Part shown: piece by piece, positions 49,804 through 60,618 of the stretch
How the letters are laid out: each line of letters begins with the position of its first letter
Numbering within the stretch: position 1 is the first letter of the stretch
Source: an uncultured delta proteobacterium
Lineage (GTDB): Bacteria; Desulfobacterota; Binatia; UBA9968
Direction of reading: 5' to 3'
DNA length: 64,000 nt
Assembly (NCBI GenBank): GCA_963847445.1
Contig: CAWJZV010000034.1
Coordinates: 353,393 to 417,392, forward strand
The notes under the pieces: model-generated
What the model was told of the DNA's origin: nothing
The model's database searches: none
What the model saw: the letters and a program-made list of their open reading frames with translations, nothing else
Position numbers and translations under genes: made by a program

Positions 49804-51555
49804 ATGGCAGCGCAACAATCGACCAAGCTTAAGCAAATCATTCTCAGCCAGTTGATGCAGAGCCGTGGGAAAGTGTTTCTCGGTATATTGTGTATTGGTG
49901 GTTATGCGGTCACCCAACTGCTGGCGCCTTGGCCGCTGAAGATTATTTTCGATTACGTCTTGCTGGACAAGCCGCTGCCAGAATTCTTGAGCTTCTTAGG
50001 CGGTCTCATCGGCGGCGATAAGGTTTTCGCCCTGATTATCCTGTCCCTGAGCATCGTCGGCATCGCGCTGTGCGGCGGTGGCTTGTCCTATTCGGAAACC
50101 TACTTCACCTCGCGCATCGGCTACGAGCTAGCGCACCGGCTGCGGCGCGACTTGTTCAACCATTTGCAGCGGTTGTCGCTATCGTTTCACAGCCGGGCTG
50201 GTTCCGGCGAGCTGCTCACCAAGGTGTCGAGCGATACCAACGCTCTGCGCGATGTGTTCACCGAGTCGGTGCTGACCTTTATCGTCCACTCGCTGACGCT
50301 GCTCGGCATTTTCGCGACCATGTTCCTGGTCAATTGGAAACTCGCCTTGATCGTGCTGGGCAGTTTCCCAGTGATGTTTTTGGCGCTGCAGTATGTCTAC
50401 CGGGAGATCAAAGCTTCGGCGCGCCGGCAGCGTGGCAAAGAAGGGAAAATCGCCGCGCGCATCAGCGAAATCCTGTCCGCGGTTACCCTGGTGCAAGCCT
50501 TCGGCCGGGAGCGTTACGAAGGCGAGCGCTTTGCAAACGAGAGCGCCGAAAGTTTGCACGAAGGCATCCGCACGGCGCGCTTGGAAGCCGCGGCGACTCG
50601 TACCGTGGAGATTATCGGTTCTATTGGATCTTGGGCGGTGATTTTGATCGGTTCCCTGCAAGCTCTGAACGGCCGGATGACGCCGGGGGATATTTTGATC
50701 TTCGCGGTTTACGTCAACCAAGTTTATCGGCCGATCCGCCAGATGGCGAAGCTCTTGAGCCGCTTCTCGCGGGCCATGGCTAGCGCCACGCGCATCGGCG
50801 AGATCTTGGAGCTGGAGCCGGAGATTGCCGACGCGCCTGATGCCTTTGAGGCGAGGAACCTCAAGGGCGACATCGAGTTTCGCGATGTCTCGTTTGACTA
50901 CGGCGACGGCAAGGCGGTGTTGGACGAGGTCTCGTTCACCATCGGCGCCGGCGAACGGGTGGCGCTCACCGGTGTCTCCGGGGCTGGCAAATCGACCATC
51001 GTCAGTCTGATCCTGCGCCTCTACGATCCGCGAGCTGGTGCGATCGTCATCGATGGCGTCGATGTTAGAAAGTACCAGCGCGAATCGCTGCGCCGGGAGA
51101 TTGGCGTGGTGCTGCAGGACGCGCTGCTTTTGGGCGCGACCATCCGGGAAAATATTGCCTACGGTAAACCGGACGCGAGCATGGAGGAGATCGAGCAGGC
51201 GGCCAAGCAGGCCCATGCCGATGATTTCATTGCGACGCTACCGGACGGTTACGAATCGCTGTTGGGCGAGCGTGGCGCGACGTTGTCGGGCGGCCAACGC
51301 CAGCGCATCGCCTTGGCCCGAGCGATGATCAAGCGGCCCTCGATATTGATTCTCGACGAGCCCACTTCCGCCGTCGATGCCGAATCGGAAAAGATCATTT
51401 GGGACGCTGTCGAACGCTTGCAACAAGGACGGACGGTGCTGGTCATCGCGCATCAGTTGTCGACCATCAAGCGTTGCCATCGGGTTTTGGTGCTGAGAGA
51501 AGGTGCGGTGCTGGAGAAGGCCCAAGGCGGTGAAGCCATGCGGCAGTACCTCTAG
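49804..51555 (+). CDS. ABC exporter (TMD+NBD, MsbA-like)
   Basis: TM domain, GVSGAGKST, LSGGQRQR and LILDEPTS. Confidence 0.93.
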   Translation: MAAQQSTKLKQIILSQLMQSRGKVFLGILCIGGYAVTQLLAPWPLKIIFDYVLLDKPLPEFLSFLGGLIGGDKVFALIILSLSIVGIALCGGGLSYSETYFTSRIGYELAHRLRRDLFNHLQRLSLSFHSRAGSGELLTKVSSDTNALRDVFTESVLTFIVHSLTLLGIFATMFLVNWKLALIVLGSFPVMFLALQYVYREIKASARRQRGKEGKIAARISEILSAVTLVQAFGRERYEGERFANESAESLHEGIRTARLEAAATRTVEIIGSIGSWAVILIGSLQALNGRMTPGDILIFAVYVNQVYRPIRQMAKLLSRFSRAMASATRIGEILELEPEIADAPDAFEARNLKGDIEFRDVSFDYGDGKAVLDEVSFTIGAGERVALTGVSGAGKSTIVSLILRLYDPRAGAIVIDGVDVRKYQRESLRREIGVVLQDALLLGATIRENIAYGKPDASMEEIEQAAKQAHADDFIATLPDGYESLLGERGATLSGGQRQRIALARAMIKRPSILILDEPTSAVDAESEKIIWDAVERLQQGRTVLVIAHQLSTIKRCHRVLVLREGAVLEKAQGGEAMRQYL

Positions 51556-51697
51556 TTGTACAGAATCGGCTGCTCGTCGAATCCTCTCCGGCTCGATTTA
51601 TCCAAGGTGACCTTGTCTTTGGCGAGCGCCAAAGAAGGTGCTAGAATCTCGGATCGCATTGACGGCTGCGGGTTGTGAGCCCAGATTAGGTCCCCAA

Positions 51698-52171
51698 ATG
51701 GCTGACGCTTCAAAACAGCAGGTCCTTGATTATCTCAAGGGGCATAACACGATGACCTTGGCGACTGCCGCAGGCGACCTACCCTGGGCTGCGACGGTCT
51801 TTTATGCCAGTGACGGCTTGCGGCTGTATTTCTTTTCGGCGCCGGAGTCGCGTCATTGCCAAAATATTGCGGCCAATGGGCGAGTGGCCGTGACGATTCA
51901 GGAAGACTATCAAGATTGGCGCAAGATCAAAGGCATTCAACTTGAAGGGCGGGCCGAGCTGGTCGACGGGGTAGTGGCAAAGGGCAAAGCGATGGCCATT
52001 TACGCCCTCAAGTACCCGGAAGTCATCAAGCTCTTTACCGATCCGACAAGCGGGGTGTTTCACAAGGCGTTTCTGAAAGTTAAGTTCTATTGCGTGGTGC
52101 CGGAGAAACTGTTCTTTATCGATAACGCGCAGGGGTTTGGCAAGCGCCAGGAACTGCTCTTGGAGCCATAG
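51698..52171 (+). CDS. Pyridoxamine 5'-phosphate oxidase family (split-barrel flavoprotein)
   Basis: MTLATA, PWAATVFY, SRHCQNI and IKGIQLEG. Confidence 0.85.
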   Translation: MADASKQQVLDYLKGHNTMTLATAAGDLPWAATVFYASDGLRLYFFSAPESRHCQNIAANGRVAVTIQEDYQDWRKIKGIQLEGRAELVDGVVAKGKAMAIYALKYPEVIKLFTDPTSGVFHKAFLKVKFYCVVPEKLFFIDNAQGFGKRQELLLEP

Positions 52172-52212
52172 CCGGCAGCGGCGAGCCAACGTCTAAGGAG
52201 TATTGATTCACC

Positions 52213-52689
52213 ATGTCACAGCTACTAGGCAAAGAATTGCCGGCGGCATTGCAGGAGCGGCTCGGCGGCGGGGATGTCGAAAGCCACGAGGGCAAGATCA
52301 TCCCGATCGTTACTATCGACGAGGCCGGCTGGGCCCATCCAGCGCTGCTGTCCTATTACGAGATCGCCGCCAAGGATGCTTCGACCCTCGACATGGCGTT
52401 GTGGAAGGACAGCTCGACGTCGAAGAATTTGCGCCAAGCCGGCAAGGTGACGCTGATGATTTCCGACCAGGGTGTCAATTATTATCTTAAGGGCAGTGTG
52501 CGGGAGCTACATTACGAGATGCCGGGAGCGGCGCCGGTATCGCGCTTTCGCGTGACCTTGGAGCAGGTCATCGAGGACCAAGAGCCCAATGCCGAGATCA
52601 CCACGGGCTTAACTTATCGGCGCATGACCAAGCGCGACCCCAACGATTTCGCAGCTAAGGTATTTCGCTTATTGCGCGAGGAGTCATGA
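52213..52689 (+). CDS. Pyridoxamine 5'-phosphate oxidase-like FMN-binding protein
   Basis: IVTIDEAGWAHPALLS and SSTSKNLRQAGKVTL. Confidence 0.7.
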   Translation: MSQLLGKELPAALQERLGGGDVESHEGKIIPIVTIDEAGWAHPALLSYYEIAAKDASTLDMALWKDSSTSKNLRQAGKVTLMISDQGVNYYLKGSVRELHYEMPGAAPVSRFRVTLEQVIEDQEPNAEITTGLTYRRMTKRDPNDFAAKVFRLLREES

Positions 52690-53987
52690 AGTTCAAGAAA
52701 ACCATAGTTACCGTCGTATTACTCTTGGCTGCCGGCGGCGCCGGTTACGCTTATTGGCGTATGGGGAATGGACCCAAAGAGCCGCCGTATTTAACTACGC
52801 CGGTAGCGAAGGCGAACATTCGTCAAGTGGTTTCCTCGACCGGTACGCTGCAGGCGGTGACCACAGTGCTGGTCGGCAGCCAGGTGTCCGGCACCATCGC
52901 CAAGCTCAGCGTCGACTTCAACAGCAAGGTCAAAAAAGGCGACATCGTCGCCGAACTCGACCAGGCGCGCTTCGCCGCACGGGTGGAAGAGACCCGCGCC
53001 AATGTGGCGGCCGCCCAAGCCAACTTGGCGAAGTCGAAAGTCGCCCTCGAAGATGCCGAACGGACTTTGAAACGCACCAAAGAACTCAAACAGCGCGAGC
53101 TGGTGTCGCAGAGCGAGTTAGACGCGGCGCAGACTGCCTATGATTCGGCGCGCTCGCAGGTCAACGTCACTCAAGCACAAGTGGGCCAAGCCCAGGCATC
53201 GATGAATCAAGCGCAGATCGACCTGGGCTACACGGTCATTCGCTCGCCGGTGGACGGCATCGTGATTTCGCGCAACATCGATGTCGGCCAGACCGTCGCG
53301 GCGTCGCTGTCGGCGCCGACCCTGTTTACCATCGCCAACGACCTAACCAAGATGGAAGTGCATACCAACGTCGACGAGGCGGATGTCGGCAATATCTCCG
53401 ACGGACAAGACGTAAGCTTCACCGTCGATGCCCATGCGCAGCGGCGCTTCCGCGGCAAAGTGAATCAAGTGCGCAATGCGCCGATCAATGTCCAGGGCGT
53501 GGTGACTTATAATTCGGTGGTGCGCATCAACAACAAAGAGCTCTTGCTCAAGCCCGGCATGACCGCCAACGTGCAATTCCTCGTGGCGCAAAAAGAAGAC
53601 GCGCTGGCGATTCCCAATGTCGCGCTGCGCTTCCGGCCGCCGGAGGAGAAAAACGAAGCCCAGGAATTGCTGCGCCAGGAGCAGGGACGGGTGGGCGGAC
53701 GCATTACGGCGCGTCGCACGAGCCGTGGCGGCGGCAGCGGCGTCGTCGGCGGCGAGGGCCGGCGCGTGCGCCAAGTGAAAGTTTATGTGCTGAAAGATGG
53801 AGAGGCTCAGGCGGTCGACGTCCAGGTGGGCATCACCGACGGCTCCAAGACCGAGATTATCGCCGGCCTCAATGAGAACGATCCGGTGATCATCGGCATG
53901 TCGACTGCCGCCACCGCGCCGCCCCAGAGCGGCGTGGCCAGTCCGTTCCAACCCCAGCCAGTGACAGGCGGATTCAGACGACGATGA
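52686..53987 (+). CDS. MacA-like periplasmic adaptor (membrane fusion protein)
   Basis: VGSQVSG, coiled coil, [18 protein letters not shown] and LKPGMTA. Confidence 0.92.
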   Translation: MKFKKTIVTVVLLLAAGGAGYAYWRMGNGPKEPPYLTTPVAKANIRQVVSSTGTLQAVTTVLVGSQVSGTIAKLSVDFNSKVKKGDIVAELDQARFAARVEETRANVAAAQANLAKSKVALEDAERTLKRTKELKQRELVSQSELDAAQTAYDSARSQVNVTQAQVGQAQASMNQAQIDLGYTVIRSPVDGIVISRNIDVGQTVAASLSAPTLFTIANDLTKMEVHTNVDEADVGNISDGQDVSFTVDAHAQRRFRGKVNQVRNAPINVQGVVTYNSVVRINNKELLLKPGMTANVQFLVAQKEDALAIPNVALRFRPPEEKNEAQELLRQEQGRVGGRITARRTSRGGGSGVVGGEGRRVRQVKVYVLKDGEAQAVDVQVGITDGSKTEIIAGLNENDPVIIGMSTAATAPPQSGVASPFQPQPVTGGFRRR

Positions 53988-54697
53988 GCGAGGTCATTCG
54001 CGTCCAAGATTTGCAAAAGATCTACCGCATGGGCGATGTCGAAGTGCCGGCCTTGCGCGGCATTAATTTAACCATCGGGCGCGGTGAATTCGTCGCGGTG
54101 ATGGGCTCCTCGGGTTCCGGCAAGTCGACGTTCATGAATATCATCGGCTGCCTCGACCGCCCCACCGGCGGCAATTACTGGCTCGAAGGCGAAGAAGTCG
54201 CGGCGCTCAGCGCCGACGAATGGGCGCATATCCGCAACAAGCGCATCGGTTTCGTCTTCCAAGGATTTAACTTGCTGTCGCGCACCACGGCGCTGGAGAA
54301 TGTCGAGCTACCGATGATGTATAACGGCTTCGCCGGCAAAGAGCGCCATCGGCGCGCGGTGGAAGTTTTGGACCTGGTCGGTTTGGGCGAGCGTCACGAC
54401 CACACGCCCAATCGTCTTTCCGGCGGCCAGCAGCAGCGGGTGGCGATTGCCCGCGCGTTGGTCAACAAGCCGTCATTGATTCTCGCCGACGAGCCCACCG
54501 GTAATCTCGATTCCGTCACCAGCAGCGAGATCATGGGTTTGTTCCAGCACTTGAATAGCGATCAGGGTATTACCATTGTTCTGGTCACCCACGAGGCGGA
54601 CATCGCCGAGCATGCCAAGCGGCAAATCATCTTCCGCGACGGCGAAGTGATTTCCGACAAGCCCAATAACCAAGTGTTGGTGAAACTGGAGTCGTAA
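53984..54697 (+). CDS. MacB-type ABC ATP-binding subunit
   Basis: [24 protein letters not shown] and ADEPTGNLD. Confidence 0.95.
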   Translation: MSEVIRVQDLQKIYRMGDVEVPALRGINLTIGRGEFVAVMGSSGSGKSTFMNIIGCLDRPTGGNYWLEGEEVAALSADEWAHIRNKRIGFVFQGFNLLSRTTALENVELPMMYNGFAGKERHRRAVEVLDLVGLGERHDHTPNRLSGGQQQRVAIARALVNKPSLILADEPTGNLDSVTSSEIMGLFQHLNSDQGITIVLVTHEADIAEHAKRQIIFRDGEVISDKPNNQVLVKLES

Positions 54698-55915
54698 ATG
54701 CGCGGGTTGATGACATTCCGAATCGCGCTGCGCGCCCTGGCGCGCAACAAGCTGCGCGCGTTCCTCACCATGCTCGGCATCATCATCGGTGTCGGCGCGG
54801 TGATCGCCATGGTCGCCATCGGCGAGGGCGCGAAATCAACGATTCGCTCGCAGATCTCTGCCTTGGGCACCAATGTCTTGATCGTTTTGCCCGGCAGCAA
54901 CGTCCAAGGCGGCGTGCGCGCCGGCACCGGCAACGTCAATACGCTGGTCGATAGCGACGCTCGCGCCATCGCCCGCGAACTGCGATCGGTTGCCTACGCC
55001 TCGCCGGTCATGCGCCGCCAGGAACAACTGATCGCCGGCAACTTGAACTGGGGCAGTTTGGCCCAAGGCGTGGCGCCGGAGTTCGAGCAAATCCGCGACT
55101 GGCAGATCGAGGCCGGACGCTTTCTGCACGACGGCGATATGGACTCCGCCGCCAAGGTCGCGGTTATCGGTCAGACCGTGGCGCGCCAGTTGTTCGGTGC
55201 CGACGATCCCATCGATTCCGTCATCCGCATTCGCAATATTCCATTTCGCATCGTCGGGGTTCTCGCCGGCAAAGGCCAGACCGGCCAAGGCCAGGATCAA
55301 GACGATACCGTGATGATTCCCTACACGACGATGCAGAAGCGGCTCATGCGCATCACCTTCGTGCAGAGCATTGTTGTCCGCGCCGTCAGCGCCGAAAAAG
55401 TCCAGGAAGCCCAGGAGCAGATCACGTTGCTGTTGCGCCAGCGCCATCGCATCGCCGAAGGGCGCGAGGACGATTTCACCGTGCGCAATCTTTCCGATAT
55501 CGCCGAAGCGGCGCAGAGCACGGCGCGGGTGATGGCGATTCTGTTGGGCAGCGTCGCCGGGATATCGCTGCTGGTCGGCGGCATCGGCATCATGAACATC
55601 ATGCTGGTGTCGGTCACCGAACGCACCCGCGAGATCGGCATCCGCATGGCCGTCGGCGCGCGCAGCAAAGACATCATGTTGCAATTCCTGGTAGAGGCCG
55701 TCGTCATGGCCGCCACCGGCGGCATCATCGGTATCTTCTTGGGCATCGGCAGTTCCGAATTGTTAAAAACCTGGGCGCAGTGGCCGACCCTGATCGACCC
55801 GGTTGTGGTTGCCGTTGCTTTTCTCTTCTCCGGCGCCGTCGGTGTGTTCTTTGGTTTTTATCCCGCCAAGAAAGCGGCGGGTTTAGATCCTATCGATGCG
55901 CTGAGATACGAGTAG
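54698..55915 (+). CDS. MacB-type ABC permease
   Basis: LTMLGIIIGV, GGIGIMNIMLVSVTERTREIGIR and PIDALRYE. Confidence 0.95.
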   Translation: MRGLMTFRIALRALARNKLRAFLTMLGIIIGVGAVIAMVAIGEGAKSTIRSQISALGTNVLIVLPGSNVQGGVRAGTGNVNTLVDSDARAIARELRSVAYASPVMRRQEQLIAGNLNWGSLAQGVAPEFEQIRDWQIEAGRFLHDGDMDSAAKVAVIGQTVARQLFGADDPIDSVIRIRNIPFRIVGVLAGKGQTGQGQDQDDTVMIPYTTMQKRLMRITFVQSIVVRAVSAEKVQEAQEQITLLLRQRHRIAEGREDDFTVRNLSDIAEAAQSTARVMAILLGSVAGISLLVGGIGIMNIMLVSVTERTREIGIRMAVGARSKDIMLQFLVEAVVMAATGGIIGIFLGIGSSELLKTWAQWPTLIDPVVVAVAFLFSGAVGVFFGFYPAKKAAGLDPIDALRYE

Positions 55916-56217
55916 CGGCAGGAAGCGCTAGTTTGTTGGGATTGGCATTTTTTCATTGTATTCCGGTTTTCACCATTCGGTGAACCGATCGATATATCGA
56001 AGTCACATCCATTCTCGCAGCCTATTCACGCAAGCAGAGAATTCGACTGCCAGACTCTGCTGCGCGCCGAAGCGACCATGCTTTAGCTAACCAGGGGCCG
56101 AAAGGAATGCGCAGACTTGGCTTGACCCCCCAGCCCGATAGCTGTGATACCACAGTCGTCGCGAGCTTGCTTTGCAAGCGCACCTCGCCTACCTTTCAGC
56201 CAAGGACTCGAAGCTTG

Positions 56218-56327
56218 CACCGCGGAGGCGGCCCTTCGACGTGGCTCAGGACAAGCTCCGGGCACGGAGTAAAGTGTTTCTGATTGAAAAAAATTTCGAG
56301 CTCTACAAACTCCGTGCCGCTGTGGTG
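56218..56327. repeat. Nested REP-like palindromic elements
   Basis: CACCGCGG(56218)...CTGTGGTG(56327) and GGCACGGAGT(56261)/ACTCCGTGCC(56309) arms; a CCCTTCGACGTGGCTCAGGACAAGC unit sits within the left arm. Confidence 0.6.
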
Positions 56328-56371
56328 AATACTCATTCAGATATTTCCAACCGAGAAAACGGAGGTCGACA

Positions 56372-56776
56372 ATGGCACGAATTCGGCACATCGCGATCGC
56401 CACGCGGGACCCGGAGGCGACGGCGCAATTTTACATTGCGGGCCTCGGCTTGAAGCAAGTGGGTAAGGTCAATACTCCAACCTCTGAGGGTTACTACCTC
56501 AGCGATGGCCACGTCAACTTGGCGATCCTGAAGTTTAAGTACGACGACCCCGCCACGACTGAGGGAGCGCCCAGGTACACCGGCCTGCACCACTTCGGCG
56601 TTGAAGTCGAGGATATGGCTGCGGCACAGGCAAGGATCGAAAAAGCCGGCGCCGTGCACCGTCCTTACCCGGGAACCGATGAGATGGCCAAGCGTGGCAA
56701 CGTCGAGGTCAAGTTCAAAGGGCCGGACGGCGTGACGATCGACCTGTCCGAGCATGGTTGGCTCGGCACCAAGTAA
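56372..56776 (+). CDS. VOC/glyoxalase family protein
   Basis: IRHIAI, FY...GL, GLHHFGVEVED and GPDGVTIDL. Confidence 0.88.
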   Translation: MARIRHIAIATRDPEATAQFYIAGLGLKQVGKVNTPTSEGYYLSDGHVNLAILKFKYDDPATTEGAPRYTGLHHFGVEVEDMAAAQARIEKAGAVHRPYPGTDEMAKRGNVEVKFKGPDGVTIDLSEHGWLGTK

Positions 56777-56975
56777 TCAGCCAATCGCGCGCCGCGCTTC
56801 CATGCGCATTCAGATCTTTGCGGGCGCTCCATCGGCGCAGCCAACCTAAGCACAACCTTCATAAGTTCAGCTTGAACCTTGCGGCGATCCGGTTCGCGAT
56901 TCGACCTAATGGAAACTCGATGGCAAACAGCTATCGATGTCGAAGTTCGATCCTGGGTATGAAGGAGTAAGACCC

Positions 56976-58226
56976 ATGTGGAATCCGATTATTTTGATTT
57001 TTCTAGGGGCCACCCTGTTGCTCCCGGCGAGCACGTTGGCGCAAGTTGTCGTGCTCAGCCGTGCCACGGTGATCGACGGCAGCGGCACGCCGGCGCAGAA
57101 GGACATCACCATCGTGATGGAGAATGGCCGCATCCGCGATATCGGGCCAGCGCCGAAGATTCCCGTCCCAGCCGGCGCCACCGTGCTCGATCTCGCCGGC
57201 AAGTTCATTGTGCCGGGCATCATCAATGCGCATGGCCACGTCGGTGCGAAAACCGAGCCGCAGTTGCGTCAGTACGCATTGTATGGCGTCACCACCGCGA
57301 CCAGCATGCAGACCGATCCGGACGAAGTCGTTCAGGTGCGTGAAGCACAGAAGAAGGGTGAGTTGCGCGGCGCAAGGGTTTCCACCGTGAAGTACCGCTT
57401 CGTGCCTGATCCCGAAGTCGCGACACCCGAGCAGGCGCGCGCTAAGGTCGACCAGATCGTCGCCGCGGGCGCTGACTACATCAAGGTGTGGGTGGATAGT
57501 GGATTCGGCACCCGGGCCAAGCTCAGCCCCGAGTTTTGCGCCGCCGTCCTCGAACAGGCGCGCAAGCATGGCAAACTCACATTGGCACATGCGTATGAAC
57601 TCGCCGACGCGAGGATGCTCGTGGAGCGCGGCGTGAATATTCTAGGCCACAATGTCCGCGACCGCGAGGTGGATGGCGACTTCATCGCGCTGCTCAAGCA
57701 GCGCAACGTGACGCTCAATCCGACCTTGATACGCGACGAGTTCCTGTTCGCCTACGGCGACGCGCCGGCCTGGATCGACGATCCTTTCTTCCTCAAGTTC
57801 GTGCCGCCGGAGCGCCTGGCGGTGCTGAAGACCAAGATACGCGACGAGCAGGCGAAACACCCGCAGCGCGCCCTGTTCAAGGCGGGCTTCGAGATGAACA
57901 AGATCAATTTGAAGAAGCTCTCGGATGGCGGCGTGCGCATCGCGTTAGGCACCGATAGCGGCGGGGCCGCTGACCGCTTCTTCATCCAGGGTTTCTCCGA
58001 GCACCGCGAGATGGAGCTGATGGTGCAGGCGGGGCTGACACCGATGCAGGTGATCCAGTCCTTCTCGAAAGGCGCCTCGGAGAGTCTGGGCATCGCCAAG
58101 GACTTCGGCACGCTAGCCAAAGGCAAGGCCGCCGACCTACTTGTGCTGGAGAAAAATCCCCTCGACAATATCGCCAACATGCGCTCCATGCACACCATTT
58201 ACCTCGGCGGCAAGAAGTTCGAGTAA
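56976..58226 (+). CDS. Exported amidohydrolase family protein
   Basis: Signal peptide, PGIINAHGH, IK, AH, GTDSG and GTLAKGKAADL. Confidence 0.88.
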   Translation: MWNPIILIFLGATLLLPASTLAQVVVLSRATVIDGSGTPAQKDITIVMENGRIRDIGPAPKIPVPAGATVLDLAGKFIVPGIINAHGHVGAKTEPQLRQYALYGVTTATSMQTDPDEVVQVREAQKKGELRGARVSTVKYRFVPDPEVATPEQARAKVDQIVAAGADYIKVWVDSGFGTRAKLSPEFCAAVLEQARKHGKLTLAHAYELADARMLVERGVNILGHNVRDREVDGDFIALLKQRNVTLNPTLIRDEFLFAYGDAPAWIDDPFFLKFVPPERLAVLKTKIRDEQAKHPQRALFKAGFEMNKINLKKLSDGGVRIALGTDSGGAADRFFIQGFSEHREMELMVQAGLTPMQVIQSFSKGASESLGIAKDFGTLAKGKAADLLVLEKNPLDNIANMRSMHTIYLGGKKFE

Positions 58227-58533
58227 AAGAGGTTGCGAGACACCGCGCTGAAAACGACGCGGGATCGGACCCTAGTCGCGCTCGATGACACCCGCAAAGT
58301 AGAAGTCTAACTTCTAATCTGCAAATCCATCAGACAAGGCGCCAGCATCGTAGAGTCGGCGGCGCCCTCAAGCGCGACAAATATCCCGCGGATCTAATCG
58401 TCGCGGTATCTTTTTCGCCTCTTACGAATGCGATTTCGTGACCTGCCAAGCCATCGGCGTCGACGGCGGCATGTATATATATTGAGAGCGAGAGAGCTGT
58501 TATCGAGACCGCAGTAACGGTTCGTTAACTGGA

Positions 58534-58555
58534 ACGCGGACATTCTTGTCCGCGT
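58534..58555. repeat. Short perfect palindrome (REP-like)
   Basis: ACGCGGACA-TTCT-TGTCCGCGT. Confidence 0.55.
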
Positions 58556-59027
58556 CTGCTGATTGACCGGTTGAACCGCGGCCCGCTAAGGTCCCCACTC
58601 GTTGCCGATTCAAAGATCGAACTTGTAAACATCACTACCAACCCCGACGCACGCGAAGCGCGAGGTAGCTGACTTCGCTAAGGCGGCGCGGAACGACCGC
58701 AAACCCTCTTCGATGCGCAGCGTTTCGATATCGTTGAGCACGGTTCGCGGGTGAAGGAAGAGGGAGCTTTAGACATCGCGCAGGTTGCTCGCCCGATCTA
58801 ATGGGAATGGCTTGACCACGTGGGACAACTCGCGCCGAGCGCGTGGTGAGGTTCTCGCCGCGCTCGAAATGACCGACTCGTGGCGGCCGTCATAGAGAAC
58901 CAGGGGAGGAGGATCTTGCCGAATTGAACCGCCGCCGGTCGGTCCGGCGTGTGGCAACGGGTATTCGCATATGTTAAGCAATTCGGATACCCAAAAGGCG
59001 CTTTTGCGAAAGGATTAGTGAGGCCGC

Positions 59028-60611
59028 ATGGATAATGTAGTGAACGAAGAAGAACTCAAATTGCACGATGGCCATGACGATGAGTTCGACGATGACGAAG
59101 GGGCGATGGATGAGAATCATCCGATGTGGCGGTCGGAGCGAATTACGCTCAACTCCGTCGGCATCGATATCGGCTCGTCGACCTCCCATCTGATCTTTTC
59201 CCGTTTGACGCTGCGGCGCCAGGGAGTGGCGCTGTCCTCGCGCTTCGTCGTGGTTAACCGCGAGATTATTCATGAGTCGCCGATTCTACTCACACCTTAT
59301 GTCGATAAGACCACCATCGATACCAATAAGTTGGGCGATTTCATCCACGAAGCCTATCGGGTTTCGGGTCTGACGCCCGAGGACATCGACACCGGCGCGG
59401 TTATCGTCACCGGCGAAGCGGTCAAGAAGAAAAATGCCGAAGCGATCGCCGCGCTGTTTTCCGCCGAAGCGGGGAAATTCATTTGCGCCACGGCGGGGCA
59501 CAATTTGGAATCGATCTTGGCCGCCTACGGTTCCGGCGCGGTGCATATGACCTATCATGAGGGCGGCGACTTCACGGTCATGAACGTCGATATCGGCGGC
59601 GGCACCAGCAAGGTCGCCATCGTCAAAGAGGGCCGGGTGGTCGATACCTGCGCCGTCGAAGTGGGCGCCCGGCTGATCGCCATGGATGAAAATGGCGTGA
59701 TCACCCGGCTCGAAGATACCGCGCTCAAGTTCGCCAAGATGGCCGGCATCGACGGTCTCAAGCTGGGCGCCGCCATGAGCGAGGAGCAAAAAGAAAAGTT
59801 CTCAGAGAAGCTCGCCGATTCGCTATTTGAAGTGTTGGAACGCGGCAAGCTTTCGCCCGAAGTGGCCAATCTCTTGCTCACGCCCAATATCGACTTCAAG
59901 GAGCCGATCCATGCGGTGATGTTCTCCGGCGGCGTTTCCGAGTTTGTCTACGGTTATGAGAAGCGCAATTTAGGCGATCTCGGCGCTTATCTCGGCAAAA
60001 AAGTGCGGGCCAAGGCGAACCAATTAGGCGGCGGCAAGATCCCGCTGCGGCCGGCCGAAGTGCGCATCCGCGCTACCGTCATCGGCGCGTCGCAATACAC
60101 CGTGCAGGTGAGCGGCAATACCATTTACTTGTCTCATCCGGAGATCCTGCCATTGCGTAACCTCCAAGTGGTCACGCCGATCTTCGAGCAGAAGGAATCG
60201 ATCAGCGCGGCGGAGGTCAAAGAGGCGGTGGAGCGGGCGCTGCAGCGATTTGACGTCGATAATATCGACCGCTCGGTGGCCCTGGCGATCCGCTGGGAGT
60301 TGGGGCCGTCCTATCCGTTGATTCGCACTTTGGCCGAGGGCTTGGTCCAGGCGATGAAGGGCCATATCGACAACGGCCAGCCGCTGGTTTTGGTCTTCGA
60401 TGCCGATATCGCCAAGCTCATGGGTAATATCATCGAGCGCGAGCTGATTCCTGGCGCGGCGATTATTTCGATCGACGGTATCGATCTGAAGGATTTCGAT
60501 TTCATCGATATCGGCCAAGAGCTCGTCGATGCCAAAGCGGTGCCGGTGGTGATCAAGTCGTTGATTTTCCGCAATACCGAACATGGCCGTGGCCATCATG
60601 CGCAGCATTAA
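59028..60611 (+). CDS. EutA-like reactivating factor (ASKHA ATPase)
   Basis: SVGIDIGSSTSHLIFS, SPILLTP, TGAVIVTGE, ATAGHNLE, NVDIGGGTS, SGGV, IRATVIGA, DFIDIG and VPVVIKSLIF. Confidence 0.88.
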   Translation: MDNVVNEEELKLHDGHDDEFDDDEGAMDENHPMWRSERITLNSVGIDIGSSTSHLIFSRLTLRRQGVALSSRFVVVNREIIHESPILLTPYVDKTTIDTNKLGDFIHEAYRVSGLTPEDIDTGAVIVTGEAVKKKNAEAIAALFSAEAGKFICATAGHNLESILAAYGSGAVHMTYHEGGDFTVMNVDIGGGTSKVAIVKEGRVVDTCAVEVGARLIAMDENGVITRLEDTALKFAKMAGIDGLKLGAAMSEEQKEKFSEKLADSLFEVLERGKLSPEVANLLLTPNIDFKEPIHAVMFSGGVSEFVYGYEKRNLGDLGAYLGKKVRAKANQLGGGKIPLRPAEVRIRATVIGASQYTVQVSGNTIYLSHPEILPLRNLQVVTPIFEQKESISAAEVKEAVERALQRFDVDNIDRSVALAIRWELGPSYPLIRTLAEGLVQAMKGHIDNGQPLVLVFDADIAKLMGNIIERELIPGAAIISIDGIDLKDFDFIDIGQELVDAKAVPVVIKSLIFRNTEHGRGHHAQH

Positions 60612-60618
60612 ATAAGAC

